From an uncultured bacterium (GTDB lineage Bacteria > Acidobacteriota > HRBIN11 > JAKEFK01): DNA of 64,000 nt. This document shows positions 61,575 through 64,000 of this stretch, in pieces. Below the pieces are notes generated by a model, which saw only the letters and a list, made by a program, of their open reading frames with translations, was not told the DNA's origin and made no database searches. Positions within the stretch are counted from its first letter, which is position 1. Every line of letters starts with the position of its first letter. The position numbers were made by a program, and so were the translations under genes. Where the stretch lies: the NCBI GenBank assembly GCA_963777505.1, contig CAVZQN010000004.1, positions 1,184,001 through 1,248,000 on the forward strand, in the 5' to 3' direction.

Positions 61575-62816
61575 ATGGGAATGATGAAAAATCGAAAATG
61601 GTTTCTAATCACGATTCTTATTGGTCTTTATTCCTCACATTCGCAACCCCAAACTCAGAATTATGAAGTCTCTGTCAATACAGTAACTGTCTGGGTTCGA
61701 GCTTTAGACAAAGAAGGGAATCCAGTTCAAGGTCTGAGCATAGAAGATTTCGAAATGTATGAAAACAAGCTGAAAGTCCCTCTAACATGTTTTGAAGAAA
61801 TTGGAGGTCAGGCGTCTGAAGCTTCGGCGACGACTACGGATAATGTGGTTTCCAAAGAACCGTTACCCAAAAAGCGCCTGGTTTTTTATTTAGATCTTTT
61901 CAGCTTGAGCGGAGCAGAATATAACGATCTCCGGCCAGCAATGAATAAATTCTTAGGTGCTATTCCTCAAAAAAATTGGCAAGTGATGATGGCTGCATTG
62001 ATGCCAGACGGAAAACTGCGGATTCTTGTTCAAACAACAGACGATTTTGGTAAAGTGCGTTCTACATTGGATCATTTGCCGGCACAATCCATGCGTGATC
62101 TTGAAATGGTGAAAAGAAGTAAGGAAATCGAAGGGATTCTTCGTCTGATGCAAGGCACTGAGAGAGAAGGAGTTATTAGGAAAGCATGTCAAACAGCCAA
62201 TCTTTTCGCAATCGAAGAACGCGACACTTCAATGCATTCCTTAAGAGCGCTCGATACGCTGATGGAATCTCTTTCATTGGAAGAGCCAGCAGAGCAGAAA
62301 GTGATTGCCCATTTTTCAGCCGGATTTAATTCTGATCCAGGCAGAGTTTATTACGAGATTATTGAAAAAGTTGCGGGTGTAGATCTGGACGAGATTCAAT
62401 TTCAAATGCCTGAGTGTGGAAGAGATCTTTCGTTCCATCCTTCAAGGAATGTGCAGAAAACGATGGGAGGGATGAAACGATCTAATGTAACACTCTATTC
62501 CATCAACACAAGAGCGTTATATCCGGGTCTTGCGTTTCAGCGCCAGAACACAACGATCAACATCAGTGAATCATCCCTTCTGTCAGATTACAGATTCTTT
62601 CAAGAAGCAATGGCAGAAGAATCGGGAGGGCAATTCTTTCCAAATTTAAGAAAATTTGATGAGAACATAAATAAAGTTATGAACGATTTGGAACATCAAT
62701 ACATTCTTTGCTATCGGCAACCCGAACAAAAAGTGAAATCAGACTATCGTGACATCAAAGTCCGATGTAAGAAAAAGGGAGTTGAAGTAAGACATCGTAA
62801 AGGCTATATCTCTTAA
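61575..62816 (+). CDS. Secreted VWA-related protein (acidobacterial type)
   Basis: DKEGNPVQGL..DFE.YEN, MAEESGG, QYILCY, VRHRKGY. Confidence 0.8.
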   Translation: MGMMKNRKWFLITILIGLYSSHSQPQTQNYEVSVNTVTVWVRALDKEGNPVQGLSIEDFEMYENKLKVPLTCFEEIGGQASEASATTTDNVVSKEPLPKKRLVFYLDLFSLSGAEYNDLRPAMNKFLGAIPQKNWQVMMAALMPDGKLRILVQTTDDFGKVRSTLDHLPAQSMRDLEMVKRSKEIEGILRLMQGTEREGVIRKACQTANLFAIEERDTSMHSLRALDTLMESLSLEEPAEQKVIAHFSAGFNSDPGRVYYEIIEKVAGVDLDEIQFQMPECGRDLSFHPSRNVQKTMGGMKRSNVTLYSINTRALYPGLAFQRQNTTINISESSLLSDYRFFQEAMAEESGGQFFPNLRKFDENINKVMNDLEHQYILCYRQPEQKVKSDYRDIKVRCKKKGVEVRHRKGYIS

Positions 62817-62863
62817 ATCTGAATCTAACCGGTAAAAACACTTTACAGGTTAGAATCCAATTC

Positions 62864-63794
62864 TCACTTGTCCAGCCAGGCATAGTTGTAGCTTGCGCCG
62901 ATGCTTGTAAAGTTGCTGCCGCGTGTTGCGATGACACCCTGGCTTACGGCAAATTTTACCGACTGATTCTTTTTGATTGGGAGTGATATTGTGCCGCCCA
63001 GACGCGAATTGTGCTGGACCAGAGTGCTGGCAACACCGTTAACTGCTGTTTTGCCGCCGGTATAATAATTTGCATTCACACCAATCCACATCGCCGGACG
63101 AATGTTGTAAGTCAGATGGAATTGAAAAGAGCCAAGTGGATCTTGAGTCCGTATCCTGCCTTGAAAATCGTCGTTTTCGGTAAAGAGCCAAACTCCACCA
63201 TATATATCCATTTGCCATTTGTTGATGAACTTTGAAATTCCAACTTCCGGTTTAAAGGCCCAGCGGTTAGTACCAATATTGATTAGCTTTGATGGATCGT
63301 ATTGACCTGTCGGTGCAGTTACCAGGAGACTGACTCCAATATTTGCGTCGCGCCGGTGTTTCATGAATTCTTTCAATTCCATTGCCGGTGTGCCTCTAAG
63401 ATTTATTGAAAATCTCGTACGCAAAGTCTGCAAGCCCTGATCGATAGATTTCACGATCTACTCCCTCAACGGAGCCATGGAGATGCCCTGCTGCATAAGG
63501 AAGTGCTACGGTCATATTGGTAAACCTGCCAAATAATCCGAAAGACCTGTAGTATCCTACGCCCTCAAAGTGCAAGTTTGCGCCAGCATCTTCGATAGGA
63601 GCAGTAGGTTCAAAGAGGATGTCGCCAAATGAATATGCATAGCTTAGAACTATCCCATTAGCGCCAACAGGGCCTGGCTGATATGCCCTTGGATCCAATT
63701 CTTGAGCCGATACAAAACCGGAAATCGTCAGGATCAAGATTAGTGCAGGTAGAAACGCACGAACCTTTAGAAGTCTTTTTAATCTTTCTTTCAT
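62864..63794 (-). CDS. Outer-membrane transporter-like beta-barrel, MetA-pathway/CopB-like (frameshift near 63423)
   Basis: QELDPRAY, APTGQYD, NIGTNRW.FKPE, terminal YNYAW. Confidence 0.78.
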
Positions 63795-63864
63795 CTGTTC
63801 AATGTTCCAGCGATTCGATCATTCGAAGCGTTTCTATTATAGCCAAGACACCTGAACGACAAAT

Positions 63865-64000
63865 CTATTTCAGCGCGCCATGAATGCTGGATTCAACTGG
63901 AACTGGTGGGAATGGCGGACTTTGTTGATGGCCTTGATCAAGGTTGTAGACAAGCTATTGCGGGCACTGTTTGAGGAAAGTTGCTTGCACTACGCTCACC
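63865..64000 (-). CDS. Possible 3' end of a gene entering from beyond the window
   Basis: Reads GERSASNFPQTVPAI-LVYNLDQ...HGALK* only if one extra base near 63955 is removed. Confidence 0.3.

Overview
Gene-dense bacterial window of roughly mid-40s % GC (by eye). It comes from a diderm, probably Acidobacteriota-like (TonB-dependent receptor, DUF481 barrel, acidobacterial-type VWA protein); the taxonomy is inference. I saw no rRNA, tRNA, CRISPR array, transposase or integrase. Layout: (1) 1-8.2 kb, pirin, DinB, sulfatases, peptidases and an amidohydrolase. (2) 8.2-16.5 kb, a minus-strand operon of DUF2064 transferase, TonB-dependent receptor, YnjBCD-like ABC importer and a radical SAM enzyme, with unknown substrate. 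(3) About 16.6-53.3 kb, an island with MASE1/PAS kinases, FixJ and NarL regulators, paired sulfatases, FGEs, HAD phosphatases and DUF202 proteins, PPK2, KatE, and a sortase with its LPKTG substrate. Nine intergenic copies of a 16-bp palindrome (TTGGACTWWAGTCCAA) resembling the DosR box core tie this island together, and this putative regulon is the strongest find. (4) 53.5-64 kb, two ArsR-SRPBCC cassettes, Mug, YHS, DUF899, an amidohydrolase, a VWA protein and a beta-barrel. Nine genes are broken by frameshifts, nearly all single extra bases, which most likely reflects sequencing error. REP-like repeats and two copies of a 22-bp TAGTACTAT-N4-ATAGTACTA palindrome are also present.
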